Source: Candidatus Latescibacterota bacterium (GTDB lineage Bacteria > Latescibacterota > UBA2968 > SICM01). Taken from it: 64,000 bases of DNA. Each line of letters starts with the position of its first letter. Positions within the stretch are counted from its first letter, which is position 1. Location: NCBI GenBank assembly GCA_965217865.1, contig CBDCJO010000002.1:2208001-2272000 (forward strand), in the 5' to 3' direction. Shown one piece after another: positions 10,875 through 20,483 of the stretch. A program made the position numbers and the translations under genes. The notes below the pieces were generated by a model. The model was given only the letters and a program-made list of their open reading frames with translations. It was not told the DNA's origin and did no database searches.

Positions 10875-11892
10875 TTATCGGTTCGTGGGAGGATCAGGAA
10901 CGCGTCTTGCCGAGACAGTGTCGTCAAGAGCGATGTCCTGTTCTTGGATTCCGCTTCCTTCAATCCGGGGTTCCGACAAGATCGGCGGGCTGGAGAGCGA
11001 GTCGCTCAGGGGAATCGAAGGAGGTCTCTCCTTTTTGACCCCGGTCCGTGTGATCGTTATCCGGAGGACGCCCGATACACCCGGCCTCACCCAGGGCAGC
11101 GGGTGATCCTGCAACGAAAACGCCACACCCCGGGACCGACCCGACACCACTGAAAACTTTTCCCGAGCTCGCCAGGTCCTTTCATCTTCGGGCTCCATAA
11201 ATCCCCGAAACACCCGACGTTCATCTGAAAGGATATCCAGCCAGGTCAGTTTGACACAGACGGGGCGGAGTGCCATGAACGAATCACTTTCGGTCCAGGA
11301 GATACCGTGCAAAACCTCTTTGCTCGGGGCCTTAGGTTTGGACTCGGACTCTGGCTCTCCGAATATCTCTGGATCCGTCGCGTCCGCTACCGCGGCTGTG
11401 TCCGAACCGGAGTCCTTCAGCCGAGAGGTTTGAGTCGAATCTTCCGTCCCGACAGCTAGTTCATCGCCGACCCCGCCGTCCGGAGAGATTTGGGTTGGAT
11501 CCCGGGAGACCGTCGAGGAGACATCTTCCGCTCCCATTTTGAACAAAGAGACCCCCGCTAATCCGAGCAGCGCAAACCCAACTGCCATCCCCACGATAAC
11601 CCCCCAGGAAAGGGGTCCATCGCGTCCAATCGTCGTCGAAATCCCCGATCCCCCCTCTTCGTGGGGTCGCTCGATCTCCTCGTATCGATCGAGTACATAT
11701 TGGGGATCCATACCGACTTGGTTCGCATAGGTCCGGAGGAACAGTCTGATGTACGGTTTTGGGAGGAATTCGAAGTTGCCTTCTTCGATTGCGTTCAGGA
11801 AGTCGGTGCTGATTAGTGGCCACGTGAACCGCTTGAAGCGTTAAGCCTGCTCGCTCCCGACTTTCACGCATCTCTTCGTGTAGGGGCACCAT
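10875..11892 (-). pseudogene. rodZ: RodZ-like HTH-TM-DUF4115 protein, frameshifted near 11814
   Basis: Frame 1 reads MVPLHEEMRESRERAGLTLQAVHVAT. It continues in another frame as ISTDFLNAIEEGNFEFLPKPYIRLFLRTYANQVGMDP, then a TM segment and a C-terminal TWLDILSDERRVFRGFM domain. Confidence 0.75.
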
Positions 11893-12478
11893 CTCTCCTC
11901 ATCTCCCATATGTTGCAATCCATCTGTTTGAGCATCGCACACAATCTTTCCACCGGAAGTCCGACCACATTATGGAAACAACCTTCTATATGCTTCACAA
12001 ACGATGACCCCAATCCCTGGGCCGCGTAGGCCCCGGCTTTGTCCATCGGTTCTCCGGTTGCCACATAGGACCGGATCTCAAACGGTGAAATCTCCCGCAT
12101 GCTCACGCGCGTCCGGACAACATCCGTCAGCGACCTCAGGGTCCCGGAATCCACGAGGGTAAGACCCGTGATTGCCACGTGTGTACGTCCCGATAGCCTG
12201 GAGAGCATCCCAAAGGCGTCTTCGTCGTCTTTCGGCTTTTCAAGGGTCTCCTCGTCGATGGCCACAACCGTATCCGCCCCGATGACAATCCCCGACGATA
12301 GGCCCGAGGCGACCTCTTCGGCCTTCCTTCGAGATAGGATTCGAACGCGGGTTACGGGTCCTTCGACGCCGTCGATTGCCTCCGAAGCCCCCCCGACGAT
12401 CTGTTCAAAAGGCAGTCCCATCATCTGCAGCAGGGCCACCCGGCGAGGCGAGGCAGAGGCCAGAATGATCCGTTTCAC
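11864..12478 (-). CDS. maf: Maf/YhdE nucleotide pyrophosphatase
   Basis: IILASASPRR, IGADTVV, LEKP, LSGRTH, GEPMDKAGAY, NVVGLP. Confidence 0.95.
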   Translation of the reverse strand: MKRIILASASPRRVALLQMMGLPFEQIVGGASEAIDGVEGPVTRVRILSRRKAEEVASGLSSGIVIGADTVVAIDEETLEKPKDDEDAFGMLSRLSGRTHVAITGLTLVDSGTLRSLTDVVRTRVSMREISPFEIRSYVATGEPMDKAGAYAAQGLGSSFVKHIEGCFHNVVGLPVERLCAMLKQMDCNIWEMRRDGAPTRRDA

Positions 12479-12948
12479 GATATCGCTCCGGAATTTGGAG
12501 ACAGCTCTCTCGCCCTCGGGCTCTGGATCATGAGCGTGACGGGTCCGTCGTTGTGGATCTCAACCTCCATGTGGGCGCCGAAAATTCCTGACTTCACCGT
12601 AAGCCCGTGTCCGCTCAAATGTTCTATAAATGCCTCGAAGAGTTCCTTTCCCGGACCGGGCGGCGCGGCCTCCACGAAACTGGGCCTGCGTCCTCTTCGC
12701 GTATCCGCATAGAGCGTGAACTGCGGGATCGCCAGGATTCGGCCCCCCACCTCCAGGACCGATCGATTCATCTTTCCGGCGTGGTCCTCGAAGATGCGCA
12801 AATGCGCGCATTTGTCGGCCAGTGCCTCCGCGTCGATCGGGCCGTCCCCTACCCCGACCAGGAGAACCATCCCTAGACCTATTTCGGAGACCACCGAACC
12901 GTCCACGGAAACGGCCGCCCGGTTCACTCGTTGAATCAGGATACGCAC
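12475..12948 (-). CDS. dtd: D-aminoacyl-tRNA deacylase
   Basis: GTG start after GGAGG; RILIQRV, LRIFED, QFTLYAD, GRRPSF, FGAHMEV, NDGPVT. Confidence 0.95.
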   Translation of the reverse strand: MRILIQRVNRAAVSVDGSVVSEIGLGMVLLVGVGDGPIDAEALADKCAHLRIFEDHAGKMNRSVLEVGGRILAIPQFTLYADTRRGRRPSFVEAAPPGPGKELFEAFIEHLSGHGLTVKSGIFGAHMEVEIHNDGPVTLMIQSPRARELSPNSGAIS

Positions 12949-13033
12949 GTCTGACCAAACCCTCCGCTTGAAGGGTTTCGTGCATCTTCGCTGAAGCTCA
13001 GAAACCCTCATCAGATGGCCTTGACTTCGCGCT

Positions 13034-13062
13034 AATGTACCGTAATCCAAGCTATCTGGCAA
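13034..13062 (-). promoter_or_regulatory. Sigma70-type promoter for the dtd-maf-rodZ-priA... operon
   Basis: TTGCCA-N17-TACATT on the minus strand, about 85 bp upstream of dtd. Confidence 0.6.
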
Positions 13063-13357
13063 GATAAAAGGGGTGGTTTGTCCCCGGGGGAAAGGTTCTC
13101 AATGCGAGTGCTTGAGGCGGGTCTTGGGGAGTCCAAATTTATGACATTCAGAGAGCCCTGGAAGGTCTGTGACACGAGGGTTGTTGGAGAATTCTTCACG
13201 ATCTGGGGACATTCCTTCGATGGGAGAGAGGATCATGACTCAACAATACGACCGCGAGTTTCAAACTATAACCCACAAGAAATTTCCGTTCGACCCAACA
13301 CAAAAGACGGTTCTGAAGCCGCTCGAACTGATTTCGGTTATTTTTTTGGCGGGGGGA

Positions 13358-15733
13358 TTAGAACCCCCCGATCGCCCCGGTACGACGCTCGATCTTAAAC
13401 TGCGGGATGTCCTTAAGATTCAGCTTGAAGTAAGTTCCCTTGTTGAAACCCGTGGGCGTCCAGGAAACCTGCGCCTCCCACTCGTGAAGGTCCCGATAGA
13501 TCGAAAGGGTCTGCGCGGTGAGCCGTCTGTCAGGGGCAAGGCCGGCGTTGATCGAGTAATCGAAGCGCCAACCCCCTGTGGGATTGAATCCCGCACCGAA
13601 CTTGAGGGTTGAATTGGTTCGGGAGGCCGTCCCGGTTGAGGGCCGGAACCGCGAGAGGGTATGATAATGCGTCAGGTTAAGCCGCCAGGGCTGGCGGCTG
13701 TCGACCACGTCTGAGTAAAGATCCCGTTCAAACCCGAAACCCGGGACATGCGCAGGGGTCCTGTAGGTCCTCCGACCCGGGATCGGCCGGTCCGGTCCCC
13801 TTTCCTCATCCGCCCCCTGCCTCCCTGAGAGCCTCAGGATGGAAGTGAGGTTCAGACTGGTGACGAACGGACGAAGCAACCGGAAGTCCCCAGCGGGGTC
13901 GTAGAGGTCCATGACGGCGTTCAACCGAACGTCGAACCGTCGATCCGGTTTTAGCGCTCCGCTCAACCTGAGCGGGGACCATCCCTTCTCCGCCGCATCG
14001 AAATCGTAATTCGTGAAAAGATCGATCGTTGCAAAATCCGACCTGCGCTCCCTCCCCTCCCTCTCCGTCTTGACTTGAAAGGTGTTTCCCAGACCCATCC
14101 CCAGGCTCCGCCTCGGATCCTCCGCCTCTCTCGCCCCGCCGAACCCGAACGTCCCTCGCCGCACCGTCGCCCTCTGCGAGTAGCGAAAAGACAGATTGGG
14201 CCGGACCACGTGACGGATCGCCCGCAGACGACCTACCCGGGACTCAAAAAGACCATAGAAGGTGCTCCCGACAGATGTCGACGCGCTATACTGCTCAAAC
14301 CGCGTCGGGAGGTCCTTATCGTTGCGAGAAACGCGTTGAGACGTCGATAAACCGGGAGTAAAGTTGAGCCATCCCCAGGCTTTCTGTTGGCTGGACATCG
14401 AAAGCCCCCCCGTAAGTTGAAGATCTTCTGTATTCTTTCCGGCTTGTCCATCACGCGTGAAGGCGTTCCTCAATCCGCCATTGAACGAGTAGAAGATCGT
14501 CTCATACCATCTTCGTCCCCCACCCCTTGCTCTTCCCGACCCCCGCGCCCCGACCTCTGACCCCTTTGGCCTATACAAAGGCCGATGCCCACCGCGGAAG
14601 GTGAGAGACGGGAAGGACAGGAACCTGCTCACGTCCGTTTCCAGGTTCTGCTCGTGAAGGAAGATGGCCTGGATACTATTGCCCGATCCGGCCCAGCGGC
14701 GGTCGTAGGACAGATTCGAACGCATCGACCTGTTGAGGCGATCGAACGCGTTGGTGCTGTTGTCCCGATTGAACTCCCGACGGCTCAAGAAATTCCCGCT
14801 GCCGCGTAGATTGGCAGTGCGTCCCAAACGCTGGTAGTGCCGCGCCTCCACACGCCAGTCCCTCCCGGTGGTTCCTCCGCCCACGTCACGGGTTTCGAAA
14901 GCCACATCGACAGAGCCGTTGTAACGGTTTCGGAGTGCATAACGGGCGTTTGTTCGTACAAGGGCTCCGCCCCTTTCCCTGAGGCTCAGATTTGCCGTGG
15001 CGTCCCAGTAATCGCTCGATCCGAAATAATAGCCCAAGTTGGTCACGAACAGACCGTCCCGGTCGTTGCTCCCGAAGTTTGGGGTAAGAATTCCAGAGTG
15101 GCGCCCCTTCTTGATCGGGAAGACGTAGAAGGGCACCCACGCCAGCGGAACCCCCCCGACCCGGAACAGGACCGACCGAGCAATCACCTTTTCGTCAGGG
15201 ATGACCTTGAGATCGCGGCAGAAAAAATCGGTGTGGGGATGATCCAGGTCACACGTGGTGATCACACCCCCACGGATATGGATGGTCCGGTCGCTGGCCG
15301 TGCGAATCGTTTTTCCGTGCAGGTATTTTCTCTCGAAAGTTGTCCGTCCTTCCCATACCTGTCCCCGGCCGGATTCCAGGTGGTACGACATTCGGTTTCC
15401 GTGCACCACCTCGGCCCCTCGACGAAATACGGGAAGCTCATCGATTGTTCCGGTTGAGTCCGGGATTCCCTCCGCCTCGAGAACCCCTGCTGCTCGGTCG
15501 AAGACCACACGTCCTGCCGAGAGCTCGATCTCCCGGTAGCGAAGTTTTACCTTCCCCTCCAGGGTCATCCATCGGGTCTCGAAGTCGTACGTCACCTTGT
15601 CCGCCTCGTAACGCACCTCGGATGAATCCTGGACGGATGGGTCCGGCCTCTCCAAAGAAAGGGGATCGGCCTGCTGGCCCGAAACCACTCCAGGAGCCAT
15701 CAGGAAAATCGCCAGTAGAACGGTCACGAACAT
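13358..15733 (-). CDS. lptD: Putative LPS-assembly outer-membrane protein LptD (FCB type)
   Basis: Signal peptide; OstA-like N-terminus (VRYEADKVTY, LEGKVKLRY), TTCDLDHPH, HSGILTPNFG, NLGYYF, C-terminal YRDLHEWEA. Confidence 0.8.
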   Translation of the reverse strand: MFVTVLLAIFLMAPGVVSGQQADPLSLERPDPSVQDSSEVRYEADKVTYDFETRWMTLEGKVKLRYREIELSAGRVVFDRAAGVLEAEGIPDSTGTIDELPVFRRGAEVVHGNRMSYHLESGRGQVWEGRTTFERKYLHGKTIRTASDRTIHIRGGVITTCDLDHPHTDFFCRDLKVIPDEKVIARSVLFRVGGVPLAWVPFYVFPIKKGRHSGILTPNFGSNDRDGLFVTNLGYYFGSSDYWDATANLSLRERGGALVRTNARYALRNRYNGSVDVAFETRDVGGGTTGRDWRVEARHYQRLGRTANLRGSGNFLSRREFNRDNSTNAFDRLNRSMRSNLSYDRRWAGSGNSIQAIFLHEQNLETDVSRFLSFPSLTFRGGHRPLYRPKGSEVGARGSGRARGGGRRWYETIFYSFNGGLRNAFTRDGQAGKNTEDLQLTGGLSMSSQQKAWGWLNFTPGLSTSQRVSRNDKDLPTRFEQYSASTSVGSTFYGLFESRVGRLRAIRHVVRPNLSFRYSQRATVRRGTFGFGGAREAEDPRRSLGMGLGNTFQVKTEREGRERRSDFATIDLFTNYDFDAAEKGWSPLRLSGALKPDRRFDVRLNAVMDLYDPAGDFRLLRPFVTSLNLTSILRLSGRQGADEERGPDRPIPGRRTYRTPAHVPGFGFERDLYSDVVDSRQPWRLNLTHYHTLSRFRPSTGTASRTNSTLKFGAGFNPTGGWRFDYSINAGLAPDRRLTAQTLSIYRDLHEWEAQVSWTPTGFNKGTYFKLNLKDIPQFKIERRTGAIGGF

Positions 15734-16039
15734 GGAAATTGGGGATCCCCCTTCACGGTTTCGGAATGTGGATTGGGGGCTGCGGATTGAAGAACCGAAG
15801 GCTTTGAATCCGCAACCCGAACTGCGCGCGCTGATTCCTACCTGCTATGGAGGATCGGACTCGTCGGTCGGTTTCTGAAGCGGATGCCTGAGATCGTTTG
15901 AAAGATGTTGAACCCCTGAATTCAGAGGGCATCGTTCTTCTTGATTTTTTCCCGTATATTTTTACCTTAGTAGGACGATTCGGGTCTCCTCGACGAATCT
16001 AAAAGGATTCCAGACCACTTTAATATTGGAGATCCCACT

Positions 16040-17503
16040 ATGCCGACGGAACTCAGCGCGGTGAATGTTTCTCTTTTCGATGGTCTTTCCGCGTCAGAGA
16101 AAGAAAGCCTTTACAGCATCTCCGATCGCCGGACTTATCCGGATGGTGCTGTGATCATCTCTGAGGGCGAAGAGGGCGATTCCCTGTTCATCGTGGCATC
16201 GGGCACCGTTCAGGTGGAAAAGGCCACCCTCGATCGGCGGCAGGAAGCATTGGTCCTGTTGCAGGAGGGCGAATGCTTTGGCGAATTGACCCTCGTGGAC
16301 AAGCAACCCAGAAGCGCTACGGTTCGAGCGGTGGGTGATACCGAAGTCTTCATCTTTAAACGGGATGCCCTCGAACAGGATTTCGCCCAGACCCCCAATG
16401 TCCACCATCGCGTCCTGGAAAATCTGATCAAGATCATGTCCGGCCGTCTTCGACGGGTGGACGAAAACCTGATCCAGAGCATCTACGACAGCGTGATCGT
16501 CGTGGATCGAAGCCTAAAGGTTATGGAGTGGAATCGGATCTCCGACCTTCGGGGCATCCCGGCTCAGGAACTCTCTACTTTGCAGTCCACAGACCACGAT
16601 CTATTTAAACTGATGCCGCACCTCCAGGGGACTTTTCGGACACATATTGAAGAGGTGATTGAAAGCGGGGAAGCCTCCCGCTTCCTGGTGGATTACGAAG
16701 ACCCGGGCCAAGGCCAAATCTACCTCGATACGGTGGTCGCCCCGTACAAACGAGGCGCTCAGATCATCGGCGCCGTCCTGGCCCAACGGGACATCACAGA
16801 CGTAAAAGCCCTTGAGAATCAGCTCATTCATGCGGAGAAGTTGGCGATGTCCGGGCAGATGGCTGCGGATATCGGCCACGAACTCAACAACTACCTCTCT
16901 ATCATATCGGGACACGCGGACCTCATCAGCATAGAACCCGCTTTAAAAGAACTCCCGCGCGCCATGAAAAGCCTAGGTGCCATAATGGAACAAGTGCGTA
17001 GGATCGAAAGGTTTACGGCCAACCTGATGGATTTCTCCGCACAGAACACGCAAAAAAAACCCACCGATCTCAACGGTCTGATTTCAAAGCTCGTCCAGTT
17101 CATTCACCCCCAACATCGATTTCGTAACGTCGTGTTCGAAATGCGCCTCCAAGAAGACCTTCCATCTTTGAACATCGACGGAGGACAAATCCAACAGGTC
17201 CTCCTGAACCTGTTCGCAAACGCGGCAGATGCCGAGTCGTCGGGGGAAGTCACCACAACCACAGAGCACAACGTTGAAAACCACAAAGTGCGCATCACGG
17301 TCAAAGACAATGGTCCGGGGATACCCGACAAGGTTCTGGCCAAAATCTTCGCCACCGGTTTTACCACCAAGCGGACCGGACACGGTTTCGGATTGCCGAT
17401 CTGTAAACGTATCGTTGAAAATCATGGGGGCGAGATCGCTGTTATCAGCCAGGTCAAGGACGGCACCACCTTTACGATCCAACTTCCCGTAACCGGCCAT
17501 TGA
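16040..17503 (+). CDS. Cytoplasmic sensor histidine kinase: cNMP-binding + PAS-like + HisKA + HATPase
   Basis: EGEEGDSLFIVASG...FGELTLVDKQPRSATVRA; H-box IGHELNNYL; QVLLNLFANAADA; DNGPGI; FTTKRTGHGFGL. Confidence 0.9.
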   Translation: MPTELSAVNVSLFDGLSASEKESLYSISDRRTYPDGAVIISEGEEGDSLFIVASGTVQVEKATLDRRQEALVLLQEGECFGELTLVDKQPRSATVRAVGDTEVFIFKRDALEQDFAQTPNVHHRVLENLIKIMSGRLRRVDENLIQSIYDSVIVVDRSLKVMEWNRISDLRGIPAQELSTLQSTDHDLFKLMPHLQGTFRTHIEEVIESGEASRFLVDYEDPGQGQIYLDTVVAPYKRGAQIIGAVLAQRDITDVKALENQLIHAEKLAMSGQMAADIGHELNNYLSIISGHADLISIEPALKELPRAMKSLGAIMEQVRRIERFTANLMDFSAQNTQKKPTDLNGLISKLVQFIHPQHRFRNVVFEMRLQEDLPSLNIDGGQIQQVLLNLFANAADAESSGEVTTTTEHNVENHKVRITVKDNGPGIPDKVLAKIFATGFTTKRTGHGFGLPICKRIVENHGGEIAVISQVKDGTTFTIQLPVTGH

Positions 17504-17607
17504 CCCCCTCTACTGGTATGGACAACCAAGCGAAAGCAACAGGGATATCCCATTGCAATCATAGGGCTTGACTCAAGTTTGGTCAAGTCCTTTATCTTGC
17601 CCAACCG

Positions 17608-18990
17608 ATGCCCCGGACCACGACCCAGCCAAAGGACAACCTCACGCCCCAAAAGGGTTTCCCCCCAAATGCTCGGGAGGCCGCCCTGGAGGCCCTAAAC
17701 AGGTTTGAGAGGACCGGGGCCTATCCAAAGATCGTCCTGAAATCCCGCCTAGAGAACAGCGGCATGTCCGAGCGGGACCGAAGACTTTCACGGGAGGCGG
17801 TTCGTGGCACCCTCGTGTGGCGAGCACGCCTCGACTGGGTCATCTCTCGGCTCCTTGAACGGCCTTTCGAGACTCTCCCCGTGGCCATCCGGAACATCTT
17901 GAGGCTCGGTGTCTATCAGATCCTCTTCCTGGATCACATTCCGGCTTACGCCGCGGTTTCTGAATCGGTTCGCCAGGCCAGGAGTCACGGCCACGCCGGG
18001 ACCGCTGGCCTGGTGAACGCCATATTGCGCGGAGTCGCAGGCTTGAATCCCGCAGACCTGGCGCCGTCATGTGATGGAGATCCGGCCGAACACATCGCCT
18101 GCCTCTGGTCCCATCCGCTCTGGATGGTAAAGAGGTGGATGGCTAGGTTCGGGGCCGATGAGACGGAGTCCCTTTGCCGGGCGAACAACCGGGTCCCACC
18201 GGTTGTCCTGCGACACAACCGGACCCGGGGTTCCCTCCAGAAGTTGCTCGAGGGGCTTCAAGAGGTTGGTGTCCGGGTCAGATCCCACCCCCTGCAGGAA
18301 GGATTTCTGGTCGTTGAGGAGGGCGGGTTTCCTTTCGATTCCGCCCTCTTTACCGATGGGTGGGTAACGGTCCAGGACGTCAGTGCGGGCCTCGCCGTTT
18401 GCCTGCTCGATCCCCAACCGGGCGAGAGCGTGATCGATCTGTGCGCAGCGCCCGGCGGGAAATCAGGGTTTATCTGTGAGAGGATGTTTAACCGGGGCTG
18501 GCTGGTTGCCCTGGACCGGAACGCCGGCCGGCTCGTCCGTTTGAGGGAGAATATCAAGCGTCTTGGACTTCGAAATGTAGAGGTCAACGTCTCCGATGCC
18601 CTTCGGTCACCTCCCTGTGGGGTATTTGACCGAGTCCTGATAGACGTACCCTGCTCGAGTATAGGTGTCCTTTCCCGCAAACCGGATGTACGATGGCGCA
18701 GAACAGAATCGGACCTGTCCCGTCTCGGTGAAACCCAATTAAGATTGTTGGAGAAGGGCGCTGCCCACGTCCGTCCCGATGGTGTCATGGTCTATTCGAC
18801 GTGCTCCACCGAACCGGAGGAAAATGACAACGTCGTGACTCGGTTCCTCGAAGCCCACCCTGAATTCGAGACCGAATCCTCTATTGCGGGCTTAGGCCCC
18901 GTGGGGTCGGATGGCGCTCTGCGGACTTTCCCCCACCGCCACGATTGCGATGGATCGTTTGCCGTCCGAGTCAGGAGGTTGCTGGAATAA
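17608..18990 (+). CDS. rsmB: 16S rRNA m5C967 methyltransferase with NusB-like N-terminal domain
   Basis: ILRLGVYQ, LVNAILR, SHPLW, VQD, DLCAAPGGKS, DVPCS, YSTCS, EEN, DGSF. Confidence 0.95.
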   Translation: MPRTTTQPKDNLTPQKGFPPNAREAALEALNRFERTGAYPKIVLKSRLENSGMSERDRRLSREAVRGTLVWRARLDWVISRLLERPFETLPVAIRNILRLGVYQILFLDHIPAYAAVSESVRQARSHGHAGTAGLVNAILRGVAGLNPADLAPSCDGDPAEHIACLWSHPLWMVKRWMARFGADETESLCRANNRVPPVVLRHNRTRGSLQKLLEGLQEVGVRVRSHPLQEGFLVVEEGGFPFDSALFTDGWVTVQDVSAGLAVCLLDPQPGESVIDLCAAPGGKSGFICERMFNRGWLVALDRNAGRLVRLRENIKRLGLRNVEVNVSDALRSPPCGVFDRVLIDVPCSSIGVLSRKPDVRWRRTESDLSRLGETQLRLLEKGAAHVRPDGVMVYSTCSTEPEENDNVVTRFLEAHPEFETESSIAGLGPVGSDGALRTFPHRHDCDGSFAVRVRRLLE

Positions 18991-19712
18991 TGCTGCACAA
19001 ACTGGCCCGGGAGTTGATTCTGTTTGGAGTTGGATCTACCCTGGCGGTCATCGGTGGAGGGCTATTTGTGAATCAGCTGGTCATGCCCGTGATGACCCGA
19101 CGCGGAATGGAGATCGAAGTCCCATATGTCTCTGGTATCACAGAGCCGGAGGCTCGGAAACTGCTGCTCCAGAAGAACCTGAAGCTTCAGGTCGAAGAAT
19201 CCCGCTGGAGTCCATCGGTGCCATACGATCACATCATCTTTCAACGCCCCGGGCCGGCTTCCATGGTAAAAGGCGGACGCACCATCTATGTTTCGGTCAG
19301 CCGTGGCGATAGCCTATACATGGTTCCGGATCTGACTTCCGGGATGTCCCTGAGGGAGGCAAAACTTCGGATCGAACAGTCCAGTATGGCCGTCGGGCTT
19401 GTGGAGGAGGTCGCATCCGAAGCACACCCGGGTGTTGTCGTTGGGCAACACCCTGATTCGGGAACCGTCGTCCCACGAGATTCCGAGGTGGATCTGCTGG
19501 TCAGCGGGGGGCTCAACCCCCGTTTCAAGATCCCCGACTTCGTGGGTATGGATCTCGGATCGGCTGTTGCAATTCTCGACAGCTTGGGTCTCACCATTGG
19601 CGAGATCCTCTTTAGGAACGGAGAATCGTTTGAGATGATACTTGAGCAGAGCCCGGAAGTTGCCGAGGATGTTCAGGTTGGGGATACGGTCGATTTGACC
19701 CTGGGTCGATAG
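18990..19712 (+). CDS. Membrane-anchored triple PASTA domain protein (no kinase domain)
   Basis: ATG overlaps the rsmB stop (TAATG); one TM segment, then three repeats of the type VP...G....A......L....Q.P..G..V.....L.VS.G. Confidence 0.88.
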   Translation: MLHKLARELILFGVGSTLAVIGGGLFVNQLVMPVMTRRGMEIEVPYVSGITEPEARKLLLQKNLKLQVEESRWSPSVPYDHIIFQRPGPASMVKGGRTIYVSVSRGDSLYMVPDLTSGMSLREAKLRIEQSSMAVGLVEEVASEAHPGVVVGQHPDSGTVVPRDSEVDLLVSGGLNPRFKIPDFVGMDLGSAVAILDSLGLTIGEILFRNGESFEMILEQSPEVAEDVQVGDTVDLTLGR

Positions 19713-19777
19713 ACACTCAGATCATGCCAAACTAACGGTCCCTATCGTTGCATCCAACCTCCTTTAGAGGTGACCCC

Positions 19778-20443
19778 GTGATTAAAATCGCCCCTTCTTT
19801 TCTTTCCGCAAATTTCGGCAACCTGGAAGCTGAGATCGCTCTTGTCGAATCCGGCGGGGCAGATATGATCCATCTCGATGTTATGGACGGTCACTTTGTC
19901 CCTAATCTGACCTTCGGACCCCTGGTTGTTGAGGCCATTCGCAAACGGACGAGCCTGACCCTCGACGTACACTTGATGATCGCAGATCCTGCCCGGTATA
20001 TCGAGGCCTTCATCGGCGCCGGGGCGGATATCCTGACCGTCCACCAGGAAATTGACGGGGATGTCCCGGCCATCGTGGACGATGTCCACGACCGGGGGAA
20101 GGCCGTCGGCGTCTCGATAAAACCGAATACGCCCCCCTCAGCGCTATTTCCCCTCCTTCCACAAAACCTCGACTTGGCCCTTGTTATGTCCGTTGAACCC
20201 GGCTTTGGTGGACAGAGCTTCATGCCTTCGGCCATCGACAAGATTCGGGCCTTGAGAGATGAAATCGACCGGAACGGCAGGGGGACTCTGATCGAGGTGG
20301 ACGGCGGGATCGACCCTTCAAACATTCGTATGGTTGCACGTGCCGGAGCGGACATCTTTGTCGCCGGATCGTCTGTGTTCAAGGAAGGACAGGTGGGCGT
20401 AAACATCGGGGCCCTTCGAGAGGCGGCCGTATCGGAAAAATAA
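19778..20443 (+). CDS. rpe: Ribulose-phosphate 3-epimerase
   Basis: IAPSFLSA, HLDVMDGHFVPNLTFG, DVHLMI, MSVEPGFGGQ, EVDGGI, VAGS. Confidence 0.97.
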   Translation: MIKIAPSFLSANFGNLEAEIALVESGGADMIHLDVMDGHFVPNLTFGPLVVEAIRKRTSLTLDVHLMIADPARYIEAFIGAGADILTVHQEIDGDVPAIVDDVHDRGKAVGVSIKPNTPPSALFPLLPQNLDLALVMSVEPGFGGQSFMPSAIDKIRALRDEIDRNGRGTLIEVDGGIDPSNIRMVARAGADIFVAGSSVFKEGQVGVNIGALREAAVSEK

Positions 20444-20445
20444 GT

Positions 20446-20474
20446 TTGATTTTAAAAGCGTAAATTGTTATACT
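20446..20474 (+). promoter_or_regulatory. Sigma70 promoter immediately upstream of ffh
   Basis: TTGATT-N17-TATACT with an extended -10 TG; the ATG is only 9 nt downstream. Confidence 0.7.
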
Positions 20475-20483
20475 TACAGCCTC

